Positions 46,921-56,801 of a stretch of 64,000 bases of DNA are shown here, in pieces. Numbering within the stretch: the stretch's first letter is position 1; the number at the start of each line of letters is the position of its first letter. Location of the stretch: IMG/VR virus record IMGVR_UViG_3300033463_000001, positions 64,001 through 128,000 of that record; one strand, 5' to 3'. Both the position numbers and the translations under genes were made by a program. The DNA is from a virus. Its lineage: Duplodnaviria; Heunggongvirae; Uroviricota; Caudoviricetes. The notes beneath the pieces were generated by a model. It saw only the letters and a program-made list of their open reading frames with translations. It did no database searches and was not told the DNA's origin.

Positions 46921-47918
46921 ATATCTTAATCACAGGTGTTGCCGGACTGATTGGCAGTCGCTTCGCCGATTATTTGCTAAAAACAACAGACAATACGGTA
47001 GTTGGTATCGACTGTCTTGAAGAGTGGGGAAACTGTAAAGAAAACATCCCTGATGGTGTAATATTTTTCAAACGCGACTTATCAAGGGATAGTGTGCGTG
47101 ATATCTTTGAACAATATCACTTCGATTTGGTTTACCACTTCGCTGCATATGCTGCAGAGGGACTTTCTCCATTTATGCGAATGTTCAACTACAGCAACAA
47201 TATTGGTGCAACTGTAAACATTATCAACGAATGCATCCGTTTCTCTGTAAAGCGCCTCGTATATACGTCTTCGATGTCTGTATACGGTCACGGCGTTAAA
47301 CCTGGTACGCGTTTCACTGAGGAAGACCCGTTGGCGCCAATCGACCCGTATGGAACAAGTAAGTTCGCTTGTGAGAATGATATAAAGATAGCCGGAGAAC
47401 AACACGGACTTGACTGGTGTATTATTCGCCCTCATAACGTATTCGGCGCAAATCAAAACGTCAATGATAGATATCGCAACGTGCTTGGAATATGGATGCA
47501 TCAAATTTACCACGGCGAGCCAATTCTCGTTTACGGAGACGGTAATCAAACACGAGCTTTCACAGAAGTAACTAACATCTTACCGTGTTTGTTAACTGCC
47601 GGAGTAGCAGACCAATGTTCGAAGCAGATTATCAACCTTGGTGGTATCAAGGAGTTTACAATCAATGAAGCAGCGAAGATTCTGTGTGACATCACCGGAT
47701 ATGACAACATTATTCACCTAGAGCAAAGGCACGAGGTAAAATACGCAGTACCGACATTCCAGAAATCCATTGACCTATTAGACTACAAAGAGGATATATC
47801 ATTCAAGGATGGTCTTGCAAATATGTGGGAGTGGGCTAAGAATGGTAGGATTCACGACTGGTTTGTCTGGAACAATTTCGAGTTAGACAAAGGAATCTAT
47901 AGTTACTGGAAGAAGTGA
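46917..47918 (+). CDS. NAD-dependent sugar epimerase/dehydratase
   Basis: ILITGVAGLIGS, TSS..VYG, YGTSK, GDGNQTRAFT. Confidence 0.9.
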   Translation: MNILITGVAGLIGSRFADYLLKTTDNTVVGIDCLEEWGNCKENIPDGVIFFKRDLSRDSVRDIFEQYHFDLVYHFAAYAAEGLSPFMRMFNYSNNIGATVNIINECIRFSVKRLVYTSSMSVYGHGVKPGTRFTEEDPLAPIDPYGTSKFACENDIKIAGEQHGLDWCIIRPHNVFGANQNVNDRYRNVLGIWMHQIYHGEPILVYGDGNQTRAFTEVTNILPCLLTAGVADQCSKQIINLGGIKEFTINEAAKILCDITGYDNIIHLEQRHEVKYAVPTFQKSIDLLDYKEDISFKDGLANMWEWAKNGRIHDWFVWNNFELDKGIYSYWKK

Positions 47919-47919
47919 T

Positions 47920-48534
47920 ATGGAAGAGGTTAAAACCTCAGAACAATATGGATGCACGATTGTAGAACACATAGACGGAAAGCGCAAACCACTATGTGTT
48001 CTTGGCGTTCTACTTACACCGAGAGGTATTGAGATTCGTGATGAGATGATATCAGTTCTTTCTCCGTATTATCACGTATACGAGGTACAGCAGCAGGAAC
48101 CAGGAGTGTTGTTTGAATACCCGGCGCTTCGGTTCATGCAAGAGCTATGTCTATATCAACATCAGCCATGTCTCTATCTACACACTAAAGGTGCTGCATC
48201 AAACGGCTCCATGCAATCTAGGGTGCGTAAAATGTGGTATCACGAGTTTCTCCATTGTATAGATTGGTACATGCAGCAAACAGACACGACATATCCTGTT
48301 GTTGCGTGTCCATTCACTGGAACTGGAAGACAGACGTGGTTCAACGGTTTTTATGCGAATGAATATGCAATGGCTAGTGTAAATATAGAACCAAATGCTG
48401 ACCGATATCATTTTGAATCGTTATTCAGAGATTATCATCACGTTCGCATTGAAGCACGCATCGACAACGATGTTAGTGAAAGAAAAATACCTGACATGTT
48501 TCACAAGGTGAGAACCATCTCACAATCTGTTTAA
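47920..48534 (+). CDS. putative glycan-modifying protein
   Basis: FEYPAL...LYLHTKG...WFNGF...RY.FE motif; last gene of the sugar cluster. Confidence 0.55.
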   Translation: MEEVKTSEQYGCTIVEHIDGKRKPLCVLGVLLTPRGIEIRDEMISVLSPYYHVYEVQQQEPGVLFEYPALRFMQELCLYQHQPCLYLHTKGAASNGSMQSRVRKMWYHEFLHCIDWYMQQTDTTYPVVACPFTGTGRQTWFNGFYANEYAMASVNIEPNADRYHFESLFRDYHHVRIEARIDNDVSERKIPDMFHKVRTISQSV

Positions 48535-48552
48535 TTCTTAATATATGGAGAT

Positions 48553-48592
48553 AAGCGGGCTATTCGATGAATAGTTCGCTTGTTTTCTTTTT
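48553..48592 (+). terminator. intrinsic terminator
   Basis: aagcgggctattc-gat-gaatagttcgctt followed by a T-rich tail. Confidence 0.7.
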
Positions 48593-48633
48593 GGTGATGT
48601 ATTTATAGATAGGCAATAATCTGCATATACATT

Positions 48634-48774
48634 ATGGATACGCTAAAAGATATATACAAAATCGAGGAACCGGATTTGAGATGGATGCACGGCGGGATTT
48701 TTTATGGCCTTAACGGAGCAACTCCGGAATATGATTCTGGTTCGACAGAAGAGGAAACAGTAGAAAGTATTTAA
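48634..48774 (+). CDS. 46-aa acidic peptide
   Basis: Not in the ORF track; lies between TATTTAT (48600) and the protease, stopping 2 nt before the protease ATG. Confidence 0.45.
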   Translation: MDTLKDIYKIEEPDLRWMHGGIFYGLNGATPEYDSGSTEEETVESI

Positions 48775-48776
48775 CA

Positions 48777-49478
48777 ATGGCTCAGAAGAAACTACAGGAA
48801 ATAAAGAAAGGTGAAACCGGAACCGGTCTCTTAATTGAGAACGACGGTTATATCTCTGTTGACTTTGGTAACAACAAAGCCATTTGCGAAGGTATTACAA
48901 AAGATGGTGGCTGGAATGTTCCAAATCCATTCATCCTGGATACTGTCTTCCAAAAGTATGACATCAAGAATGCTAATGGCCGTATATATCCGAAAGAAGT
49001 CCTGCAGCGCGAGGTTGATAAATATCAACAAAAAATTCGTGAGCGCAGGGCCACAGCAGAAGCAGACCACCCAAGCGAGACAACCATTAGCCTACGTGGA
49101 ATTTGCTTAAACGTTGAGGAATTACACTGGGAAGGACAAACGCTTTGTGGAAAAATCAGACTTCTAACGAGTGAGGGATTTAGACGATACGGTGTTATCA
49201 GTAATCAAGGCGACCAGGTAGCAAACCTCATTCTTTCTGGAATCAAAATTGGCGTATCATCGCGTGGCGTTGGTTCGGTCGAACAGAAGTACGGCCAAAC
49301 AATCGTTGGTAATGATTATGAATTGATTTGTTTCGATGCCGTAACAGAACCGAGCACGCCGAATGCGTGGATTATGACTGAACCGGAAACAGAAAAGCAA
49401 GCATATGTGGAAAGTAAGCAATCCAAAGACTCTATTTTGGCAGAAAAAATCAACAAAATGGAGCTAATCCTACTTTAA
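48777..49478 (+). CDS. prohead protease (T4 gp21-like)
   Basis: NANGRIYP, EADHP, GVSSRGVGS, FDAVTEPSTPNA. Confidence 0.93.
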   Translation: MAQKKLQEIKKGETGTGLLIENDGYISVDFGNNKAICEGITKDGGWNVPNPFILDTVFQKYDIKNANGRIYPKEVLQREVDKYQQKIRERRATAEADHPSETTISLRGICLNVEELHWEGQTLCGKIRLLTSEGFRRYGVISNQGDQVANLILSGIKIGVSSRGVGSVEQKYGQTIVGNDYELICFDAVTEPSTPNAWIMTEPETEKQAYVESKQSKDSILAEKINKMELILL

Positions 49479-49582
49479 TTCATAAAAATTATGCAGGAAA
49501 ATTGCTTTTTTCATTGTGTTAGCATATTTATAGGTAGATAACGGTATGCCTAAGTATACCTAATTACTGAATAAGAAAGATT

Positions 49583-50911
49583 GTGACGAACATGAATTTG
49601 AGACCGGAAGTTGTCAAAAAGTCTTTGGACGCAGTAGACAACATGAAAAAGGAAATAAACGAAAACACATCTGCTGTGCTGAAGAAGCTGCTCTCTGAGG
49701 CTGTTAAGGCAGACGTTGCTGCGGTTGACAATGAGGATACACCCTCAGATGTCAATACCGACGGCAGCAAGGTGGAAGGTACTACTGACTCCGGCAAGAC
49801 AAATGATGAGCAATCGAAAGAAGAGGCTACGCAGACACCTGACGAGAATCAGGATGGCGACACCAACACAGAAGATTGGTCTGAATTTGATTCCTTTAAG
49901 GGGGAAGATGGGAAGTACGACCTTACAAATGCAAGTGACGAAGACGTCGTTAGAGTGTTTAAAAAAATGGACAATACCGATAAGCTACGCATCGTGCAGG
50001 ACGGCGATAAGGTAGAAATCCATGACGGAGATACTGGAGCAGATTATATCATCGACTTGGGAGAAGAAGTAAGCAACAACCCAATTCAAAAAGAAAACAC
50101 CAATAAAAGTATGAGTAATACCAAATTACAAACTATTTATGAAGTTGCTTTGGGTTATACTGATTCATACCAAAGCAAAGATGCAATGACAACTCCTCCG
50201 AACACGGAAGTTGCACCGAACCAGCATCGCGATTTGAACGCTGGCATTCCTACCGGAAGCGAAAAGCCTTGGGCTAAACCTAACAAAACTGCAAAGCCGT
50301 TCGATAACAAGCAAAATGTAACCGAAGAGGCAAGCGGCAGTGTAATTGAGGATGAGGCTCAGGTAGAAGAAGTTGCAGCACACGCATCAGTTAAGTCAAC
50401 TACGGTTGTTAAGAGCGACCCGACGAACCCGCAAGGACGTCCTCACCGTGGTACCAAACCTGCAGGTGCTGTACAGACAGAAGGTAAGAAATTCGCTGTT
50501 ACAGAGGCTCAGCTCGCGAAGATTCAGAAAATCTTTGAGGAGAACGAAAGCCTGAAGAAATCGCTTGTGAAGTTCCGCAATGAACTCAATGAGGCTGTTG
50601 TTACTAACGTGGCCACCACACTTGCGCTCAAGACCATCCTTGAGAACACGACTACAGAGAATGAAAAGAAAGACATTGTCAATCGTTTCAAGACTGAAGC
50701 TAAGTCCATCGATGGCGCAAAGGCACTGTATGAGAGCATTAGCCGTGAGTTGAAAAAGACTCCTGCTGACAATCTCGCCGAGAGCATCAACCAAAAGATT
50801 GTGGCCGGCAGTTCTGCACAACAGATTAACGAAGCCAAGGAGCAAGCACTGCAAGCAGAAAATGAAAGCATTGCTCGCATCCAGGACATGATGCACAGGG
50901 TTTGTAAGTAA
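49583..50911 (+). CDS. prohead scaffold/core protein (gp22 position)
   Basis: Between protease and MCP, acidic, coiled C-terminus, many [ILV]xE sites. Confidence 0.8.
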   Translation: MTNMNLRPEVVKKSLDAVDNMKKEINENTSAVLKKLLSEAVKADVAAVDNEDTPSDVNTDGSKVEGTTDSGKTNDEQSKEEATQTPDENQDGDTNTEDWSEFDSFKGEDGKYDLTNASDEDVVRVFKKMDNTDKLRIVQDGDKVEIHDGDTGADYIIDLGEEVSNNPIQKENTNKSMSNTKLQTIYEVALGYTDSYQSKDAMTTPPNTEVAPNQHRDLNAGIPTGSEKPWAKPNKTAKPFDNKQNVTEEASGSVIEDEAQVEEVAAHASVKSTTVVKSDPTNPQGRPHRGTKPAGAVQTEGKKFAVTEAQLAKIQKIFEENESLKKSLVKFRNELNEAVVTNVATTLALKTILENTTTENEKKDIVNRFKTEAKSIDGAKALYESISRELKKTPADNLAESINQKIVAGSSAQQINEAKEQALQAENESIARIQDMMHRVCK

Positions 50912-50949
50912 TAACCCACCTAGTAAAAGAAAAAGTAAATCTAGAGAAA

Positions 50950-52737
50950 ATGAATACATTTCTTCAATCCGGCCTGTTCGGCAACATGGAGCTCGACCAG
51001 GCAAAGAAAATGCGTGAAGCCATCACCGAACGTTGGGACAAGTTTGGCTTCTGCGAAGGTTTGAGCGGTGTCATCAAAGAGAACATCTGCCAAATCTATG
51101 AGAACGAGGCTAAGCACCTCATCAAGGAGGCTACTAACTCCGCTAGCTCTGGCTCATTCGAGACTGTAGTATTCCCGATGATTCGCCGTGTCTTCAGCAA
51201 GCTGTTGGCAAACGACATCGTGTCTGTACAGGCCATGAACCTGCCTATCGGTAAGGTATTCTTCATCCTTCCTGTTACATCGAAACGTGAGGAAGTTCAA
51301 GAGGGCGTATTCGAGCACGCTGGTCTTATGGGCTACAACCGTAAGGACAAAAACCAGAACGGTGCTGACACTCCCCGCTACTACCTCCCGGATGACGTTG
51401 TAAACCAGGGTGCTAAGCTCGTACAATTCTATGAGACGACTCTGTACGACCTCTACTACAATGACTTCCTTTATGACGAGTCTAAGGGTCGCGTAACCAT
51501 CGCCCTCGGTTCTGTTACTCCGGTTACTCTGGAGAAGAAACAATTCAAGCCGATTGCGAACACAGCTGACATCAAGACAGCTAACGACGGTACTGTTCAC
51601 AGCCTGATGCTGGAGGTTAGTGGCTTCAATAGCTACAACGCTGGTAAGCTGACTGGTCCTGACGGTAACGAGATGGACACTGAGGAGTTCCTCGCTTCTA
51701 TGAAGGTTTGGACACCGTCTGCAATCACAGCTGTTAGCGGTAGTGCAGCTTTCGAGGTTGGCGAAGAGATTCCGATGCACGTAATGACCCAGAAGTACGG
51801 TAAGGGTATTGTTGAATACAATGCACCGGTTGACGTAAACGGTAAAATGTTTATCGAAATCGACCTTACAAAGCCTGGTAAGGGTGAGGAAGGTTACGTA
51901 GGTGTTGACAAGGCTCAGTTGGCTAGCGTTCTCGCAGCTCTGAAGATTTCTTGGAAGCGATATGACAGCCTTGAGCTTGAGACCGAAATCGGTGAGGTTT
52001 CATTCAAACTTGACTCTATGGAGGTATCTGTTGTTCCGCGTAAGCTGCGTGCAACTTGGTCTCCGGAGCTTAGCCAGGACGTTGCTGCTTTCCACAACAT
52101 CGACGCTGAGGCTGAGTTGACCCAAATGCTTTCTGAGCAGGTAGCAGGTGAAATTGACCGTGAAATTCTTCGTGACCTCCGTAAGGTTGCTCCTTGGCAA
52201 GGTCGTTGGGATAGGAACGGTTGGAGGCGCCTTGAGGCATTCTCTACCAACTATACCCAGAAAGACTGGAATCAAGAGCTGATGACCGTTATCAACGAGA
52301 TTTCTGCAATGATTCACAAAGCTACCCTGCGTGGCGGTGCGAACTACATTGTAGTATCTACAGAGGTTAGCGCTCTTCTGAACAACCTTGAGTACTTCCA
52401 TGTAACTGACGCTAGCGCTGAGCAAGACCAGTACAACATGGGTATCGAGCGTATCGGTTCACTCCAGGGACGTTATCAGGTATATGTTGACCCGTATGCA
52501 CCTCACTGGTCTATCATCGTAGGTCACAAGGGTAAATCATTGCTCGACACAGGTTATATCTACGCTCCGTACGTACCTATGGCTCTGACCCCGACAATGT
52601 ATAATCCAGAGAACTTCGCTCCGGTTAAGGGCATTATGACAAGGTATGCGAAGAAGTGCGTAAACAACCGTTACTTCGGACACGTACGTGTAGACGGTCT
52701 CCGTATCTACGGTCACGGAACTCAATCGTTCCGTTAA
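50950..52737 (+). CDS. major capsid protein (T4 gp23-like)
   Basis: PMIRRVF, IVSVQAM..P.G, RKLRATWS.EL.QD..A.H.IDAEAEL, EIDREI, YAPYVP, GIMTRYA; LIKE/A candidate maturation site. Confidence 0.96.
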   Translation: MNTFLQSGLFGNMELDQAKKMREAITERWDKFGFCEGLSGVIKENICQIYENEAKHLIKEATNSASSGSFETVVFPMIRRVFSKLLANDIVSVQAMNLPIGKVFFILPVTSKREEVQEGVFEHAGLMGYNRKDKNQNGADTPRYYLPDDVVNQGAKLVQFYETTLYDLYYNDFLYDESKGRVTIALGSVTPVTLEKKQFKPIANTADIKTANDGTVHSLMLEVSGFNSYNAGKLTGPDGNEMDTEEFLASMKVWTPSAITAVSGSAAFEVGEEIPMHVMTQKYGKGIVEYNAPVDVNGKMFIEIDLTKPGKGEEGYVGVDKAQLASVLAALKISWKRYDSLELETEIGEVSFKLDSMEVSVVPRKLRATWSPELSQDVAAFHNIDAEAELTQMLSEQVAGEIDREILRDLRKVAPWQGRWDRNGWRRLEAFSTNYTQKDWNQELMTVINEISAMIHKATLRGGANYIVVSTEVSALLNNLEYFHVTDASAEQDQYNMGIERIGSLQGRYQVYVDPYAPHWSIIVGHKGKSLLDTGYIYAPYVPMALTPTMYNPENFAPVKGIMTRYAKKCVNNRYFGHVRVDGLRIYGHGTQSFR

Positions 52738-52763
52738 TCCGAAAGGATTAATCTCATAAAATT

Positions 52764-52794
52764 GGCAACTCGCAACTAGCGGGTTGCTTTTTTT
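52764..52794 (+). terminator. intrinsic terminator after MCP
   Basis: gcaactcgc-aacta-gcgggttgc followed by a T run. Confidence 0.8.
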
Positions 52795-52815
52795 ATTGTA
52801 AAATCGTCCAAAGGA

Positions 52816-52847
52816 TTTGCATATTTGAAAAAAATTACTTATCTTTG
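52816..52847 (+). promoter_or_regulatory. host sigma-A type promoter for the endonuclease gene
   Basis: TTTG-N20-TATCTTTG, with a spacer resembling those of the early promoters. Confidence 0.75.
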
Positions 52848-52866
52848 TGTCATAATTTGATTTATT

Positions 52867-54531
52867 ATGCGGAAAGAACTATCCATAGACGAAAAACAAG
52901 GAATTGTGAACGCGTACAACGCGGGTACAGGACTCGAAGCAATCGCTACAGAGTTCCACGTTGGTAAACTCAAAGTTAAAGCCGTGTTAGATGAGCTTGG
53001 TGTCAAACAGCAGGCTAAGCATCTACGTGTACCAAAACAGTACGTTGTCAAGGACGCATCCATTAAGAAATATCCGGATGTACCAGGCAAACACTATGTC
53101 TGCACATGCAAGCTTGATGGGTTCAAAACGAACGACTACATGAATAAAGGAGGATTCCTGACGTCTCACCTGGAAAAGGAGTGTGGAATCGAGGTACCAA
53201 CTTTGTGGAAACGCAACGAGTATTACAAACTAACCGGAAACTACTGGCACGAGCAGTATTACGATATCGAATTGGTTGATGACAATTCAACCATCAAGTG
53301 TCCATATTGCGACTGGACGAGTGAGGACGTGGATAATAAATCAGGAATGTTTGAAACACACATCAAAAAGGTGCACGGAATAACTAAAATGGAGTTTCTT
53401 CACGAGCATCCGGAGTGGCGTGACTATTTCCGCTTGGTAAATAAGACGAAGGATAGAGAAATGGAAACGGACGAAAGCAAGTTCGTAACGTGTGCTATAT
53501 GTGGAAAGAAACTTGCGCGCATCGACTGGAAACACCTTCAAAATCATGGAATTACGGTAGATGAATACAAGGCGTTATATGGCGAGAAAACTATTTCAAA
53601 TAGCCTACGCATGCGTTTACATGAATCTGGTGTTGAAAGCAACTTGTTAGTTCAACACAATTTCTCGTCTGTTGATGAGAACGAACTCTTGGAGTATGTA
53701 AAACGGTTTTGCCCAGACGCGAGAAAGGATAGAACTCTATTAAATGGTCAGGAATTAGATATTTTCATTCCATCTAAACATATTGCAATTGAGTTTAATG
53801 GATGCATGTGGCATACTGAACAATTTGGTGGTAAATCAACAGTATACCATTTGGCCAAAACTGAAATTTGTGAGTATTCCGGCGTGCGACTTATTCATGT
53901 TTTCGAAGACGAATGGCACCTGCATCAAGAAATGGTCAAACGGAGAATCGCGCATATTCTTGGATTCAGCATGCAACCATCAATATACGCTAGGAAGTGC
54001 ACTGTGCGAGAAATATCTATTGAAGAGGCAAAAACTTTCTTAGATGCTTATGATATGAGTGGTTTCTCGTATGCAAACGTTCATTTTGGCATGTTTAGTG
54101 ACAACAACCTTTTAGCAGTTATGTCACTAAGAATCACTGGTGAAAACGAATGGCAGCTAAGCAGATTCGCAACTAACGACAATTATAGGCTCGTTGGTGC
54201 GTGTGGTAAACTATTAAGTTATTTCAAAGAGCGATACAACCCAAATCGAATCATATCATACGCCGATAGAAGATGGACTACGGCCGCACATAACATGTAT
54301 ACAGCAACAGGGTTTACATTCTCTGGATACACAAAGCCTCTGTATAGGTATTACAATCAAAAACAGGACAGATATAAACGCTGGCACGAGCGAACTGTGC
54401 GTAACATATTATTAAAGCATGGATGGAAAACATCTGGGTTAAGTAAACTAGAAATGGCTCGTAATCTAGGTTACGACCGTATCTGGGATTGTGGCCTTAT
54501 CCGTTACGTATGGAGTAAAAGCAGTGATTAA
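52867..54531 (+). CDS. Hef-like free-standing homing endonuclease with C2H2 zinc fingers
   Basis: CPYC..HIKKVH and CAIC..HLQNH; ELDIFIP...IAIEFNG..WH...LIHVFEDEW; YARKC, SYADRRW, RIWDCG. Confidence 0.8.
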   Translation: MRKELSIDEKQGIVNAYNAGTGLEAIATEFHVGKLKVKAVLDELGVKQQAKHLRVPKQYVVKDASIKKYPDVPGKHYVCTCKLDGFKTNDYMNKGGFLTSHLEKECGIEVPTLWKRNEYYKLTGNYWHEQYYDIELVDDNSTIKCPYCDWTSEDVDNKSGMFETHIKKVHGITKMEFLHEHPEWRDYFRLVNKTKDREMETDESKFVTCAICGKKLARIDWKHLQNHGITVDEYKALYGEKTISNSLRMRLHESGVESNLLVQHNFSSVDENELLEYVKRFCPDARKDRTLLNGQELDIFIPSKHIAIEFNGCMWHTEQFGGKSTVYHLAKTEICEYSGVRLIHVFEDEWHLHQEMVKRRIAHILGFSMQPSIYARKCTVREISIEEAKTFLDAYDMSGFSYANVHFGMFSDNNLLAVMSLRITGENEWQLSRFATNDNYRLVGACGKLLSYFKERYNPNRIISYADRRWTTAAHNMYTATGFTFSGYTKPLYRYYNQKQDRYKRWHERTVRNILLKHGWKTSGLSKLEMARNLGYDRIWDCGLIRYVWSKSSD

Positions 54532-54593
54532 CGCGTCTGATAGTGTTGTTATTCCGTTTCTTTAGGTATTTATTATAGAGGATATTTACGAAA

Positions 54594-56021
54594 ATGGTAT
54601 ATAAGACATATCTGGACAAATTCAATACTATAATGAGTGACTCGGAGGTCAGTGTAGGCTTGTCTCCGGTTGAGTTTATGTACTATGGTGGCGGTATATC
54701 CCGCGCATTGGTGCATTTTAGCCTATCTAAGCTCACGAATTTGGTTAATGGTAAAGTTGTACCAGATACATCAAAACTAACGCACAGACTCAAAATATAC
54801 ACCTCAGGGGCGATTGAATATAACGGGAAGTGGAATACAGAGTATATCAATAACGTCTCAGACGCAGGAACAATGTTGAGAGCCGGTAATTGCTCAATGA
54901 TATTGTTTAAACTTCCGGAGCCGTTCGAGAGTGGTAATGGTTACGACTACAAAAAGCCCATCGCAGGCATATCCGCATTAGCAACGAACGGAGCAAACTG
55001 GTATAATGCTTCAACTGGTAAAAAGTGGATTAGCGGTAACGGCGTGTACACCACAGACTATCTGAGCAGAGAGTTAGATAAGTTCATCGACGGAGAAAAG
55101 AGTATCATCATCGCCACACAGGACTTCACGGTTGGTAATGAGATACTAGACGTTGATATCACAGATTATGTAAACGCATTGTTAGCCGGTGAGGAGGAGA
55201 ATAACGGAATAGGAATTGCATTTACGCCAACACTTGAGTGGATGGAGCTAGATGATACTACGCGCTACATATCTTTCTTCACTCACGAGACACACACGTT
55301 TTTTGAACCGTACCTGGAGTCACGCTATGATGATGTTATCAACGACGACCGCAACGATTTCTACCAGGGGAAGACAAACAGACTTTATCTCTATTGCAAC
55401 ATCGGTGGTGAGTTGAGTAATCTTGACGAGATGCCCACGTGTTCCATTGACGGTGTAGGTGAGTTTGAAACGAAGCAAACAACGAAAGGGGTTTATTTCA
55501 TTGAGGTTGACGGTAAAACATCAAAGGAACTGGCCGCAGGTGTTATGTTTTACGACACGTGGTCTAATCTGAAATTCAATGGTGCTGATTTGGATGATGT
55601 GGAAATGGACTTTGTTGTAAAGCCGTATAAAAATTTCTTCAATTTAGGTAATGAGATTACGCACCGCGAGAAATACGTCCCGGAGCTATACGGTATCAAA
55701 GACAGTGAGATAATCAAACGTGGCGACGTGCGCAAACTGAACTTTGTTGCACGTGTTCCATTTACACGGAATCAGTTCGCGCTTATTGATAATATGGAGC
55801 TGCGCCTGTACGTTAAAGATGGCCTGCAAGAGTTTGATGTCATTCCATACGACCGTATTAACAAGGCCTTTGCTGAGAATTACTATACCATCGACACAAA
55901 CGAATTGGTGCCGGAGAAATACTACATCGATGTCAAAGTTACAACGGACGGATGCACAATCATCCATCACGACTTGGTTCACTTTAGCATCGAAAACAAT
56001 ATAACAAATAAATCCATATAA
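54594..56021 (+). CDS. putative structural protein
   Basis: TATTTAT upstream, beta-rich, FFTHETHTFFEPYLE motif. Confidence 0.7.
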   Translation: MVYKTYLDKFNTIMSDSEVSVGLSPVEFMYYGGGISRALVHFSLSKLTNLVNGKVVPDTSKLTHRLKIYTSGAIEYNGKWNTEYINNVSDAGTMLRAGNCSMILFKLPEPFESGNGYDYKKPIAGISALATNGANWYNASTGKKWISGNGVYTTDYLSRELDKFIDGEKSIIIATQDFTVGNEILDVDITDYVNALLAGEEENNGIGIAFTPTLEWMELDDTTRYISFFTHETHTFFEPYLESRYDDVINDDRNDFYQGKTNRLYLYCNIGGELSNLDEMPTCSIDGVGEFETKQTTKGVYFIEVDGKTSKELAAGVMFYDTWSNLKFNGADLDDVEMDFVVKPYKNFFNLGNEITHREKYVPELYGIKDSEIIKRGDVRKLNFVARVPFTRNQFALIDNMELRLYVKDGLQEFDVIPYDRINKAFAENYYTIDTNELVPEKYYIDVKVTTDGCTIIHHDLVHFSIENNITNKSI

Positions 56022-56024
56022 GAC

Positions 56025-56780
56025 ATGTCTAAAACAACAAAACAAGAAGAAAAAAAGTACGAGCTCACGCACTCGCAGTTGAAAAATATTGTGAGAGAGG
56101 GTATCAAACGTTACAAACTCGCTGAGGCAAACGACCAATTCGAGCAAGAGTGTCGTGCTGAGGCTGACGAGCTCATTCAATCTTTCGAGCCGGAAGCAAC
56201 GAAAATTGAGGTAGGCGATGAGTGGTTCTCTGTTCAATTGAGCAATAAGGACGAAGCACATCCGTTTAAGGTATGGATGGATATCAGCATCCGTGACAAT
56301 GACGTATATGTAGACTGGAACCAATACATCTTCCACCTTAACAACAGCGATGACGTTGTGCGCAAGATGTTCCAGGAAGACACAAGTATGTTCGAAGCCT
56401 GCGATTCAGAGGCTGTCTGGGCACTTGAGAACGGTGGATACATCTACCAAGATGACAACGCCAACTGGCACCGTACAGAGAAAAAAGACACTCCTGCTGC
56501 AGAAGGCAGTGAAACAACACCTGAGGTTAAAACCGAAGAGGTAGCAGCTGCTCCTTCAGAACCTAGCAATCCTGGCATTATGACCGGTGGCGGTGCGCCG
56601 AAGAATGAAGACCCGGCAGAGAAAGAGTTTATCCGCACAAAATGCCGCGAGTTTGCAAAACAAAACATCTGGCCACACTTCATTGCATACAACATGGAAA
56701 CAGGAGAGGCTATTCCGTGTAGCAACTATGCAACAGCAGCAACATACAAAGCAAAAGGTATGAAAATTGCCGCACTGTAA
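56025..56780 (+). CDS. putative head-internal protein
   Basis: KYELTHSQLKNIVREGIKRYKLAE tag. Confidence 0.7.
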   Translation: MSKTTKQEEKKYELTHSQLKNIVREGIKRYKLAEANDQFEQECRAEADELIQSFEPEATKIEVGDEWFSVQLSNKDEAHPFKVWMDISIRDNDVYVDWNQYIFHLNNSDDVVRKMFQEDTSMFEACDSEAVWALENGGYIYQDDNANWHRTEKKDTPAAEGSETTPEVKTEEVAAAPSEPSNPGIMTGGGAPKNEDPAEKEFIRTKCREFAKQNIWPHFIAYNMETGEAIPCSNYATAATYKAKGMKIAAL

Positions 56781-56801
56781 GATTTGGTTACATGCAAACA
56801 A

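Noticed and set aside
38762-52737. Introns or inteins in the terminase, portal or MCP
   Set aside because: The reading frames are continuous, of normal size, and show no splice-junction or LAGLIDADG motifs
35672-56336. Long antisense ORFs such as 35672-36340, 42094-42675, 50396-51004, 51154-51780 and 55686-56336
   Set aside because: They overlap strongly biased structural genes on the other strand and have no start context or recognisable motifs
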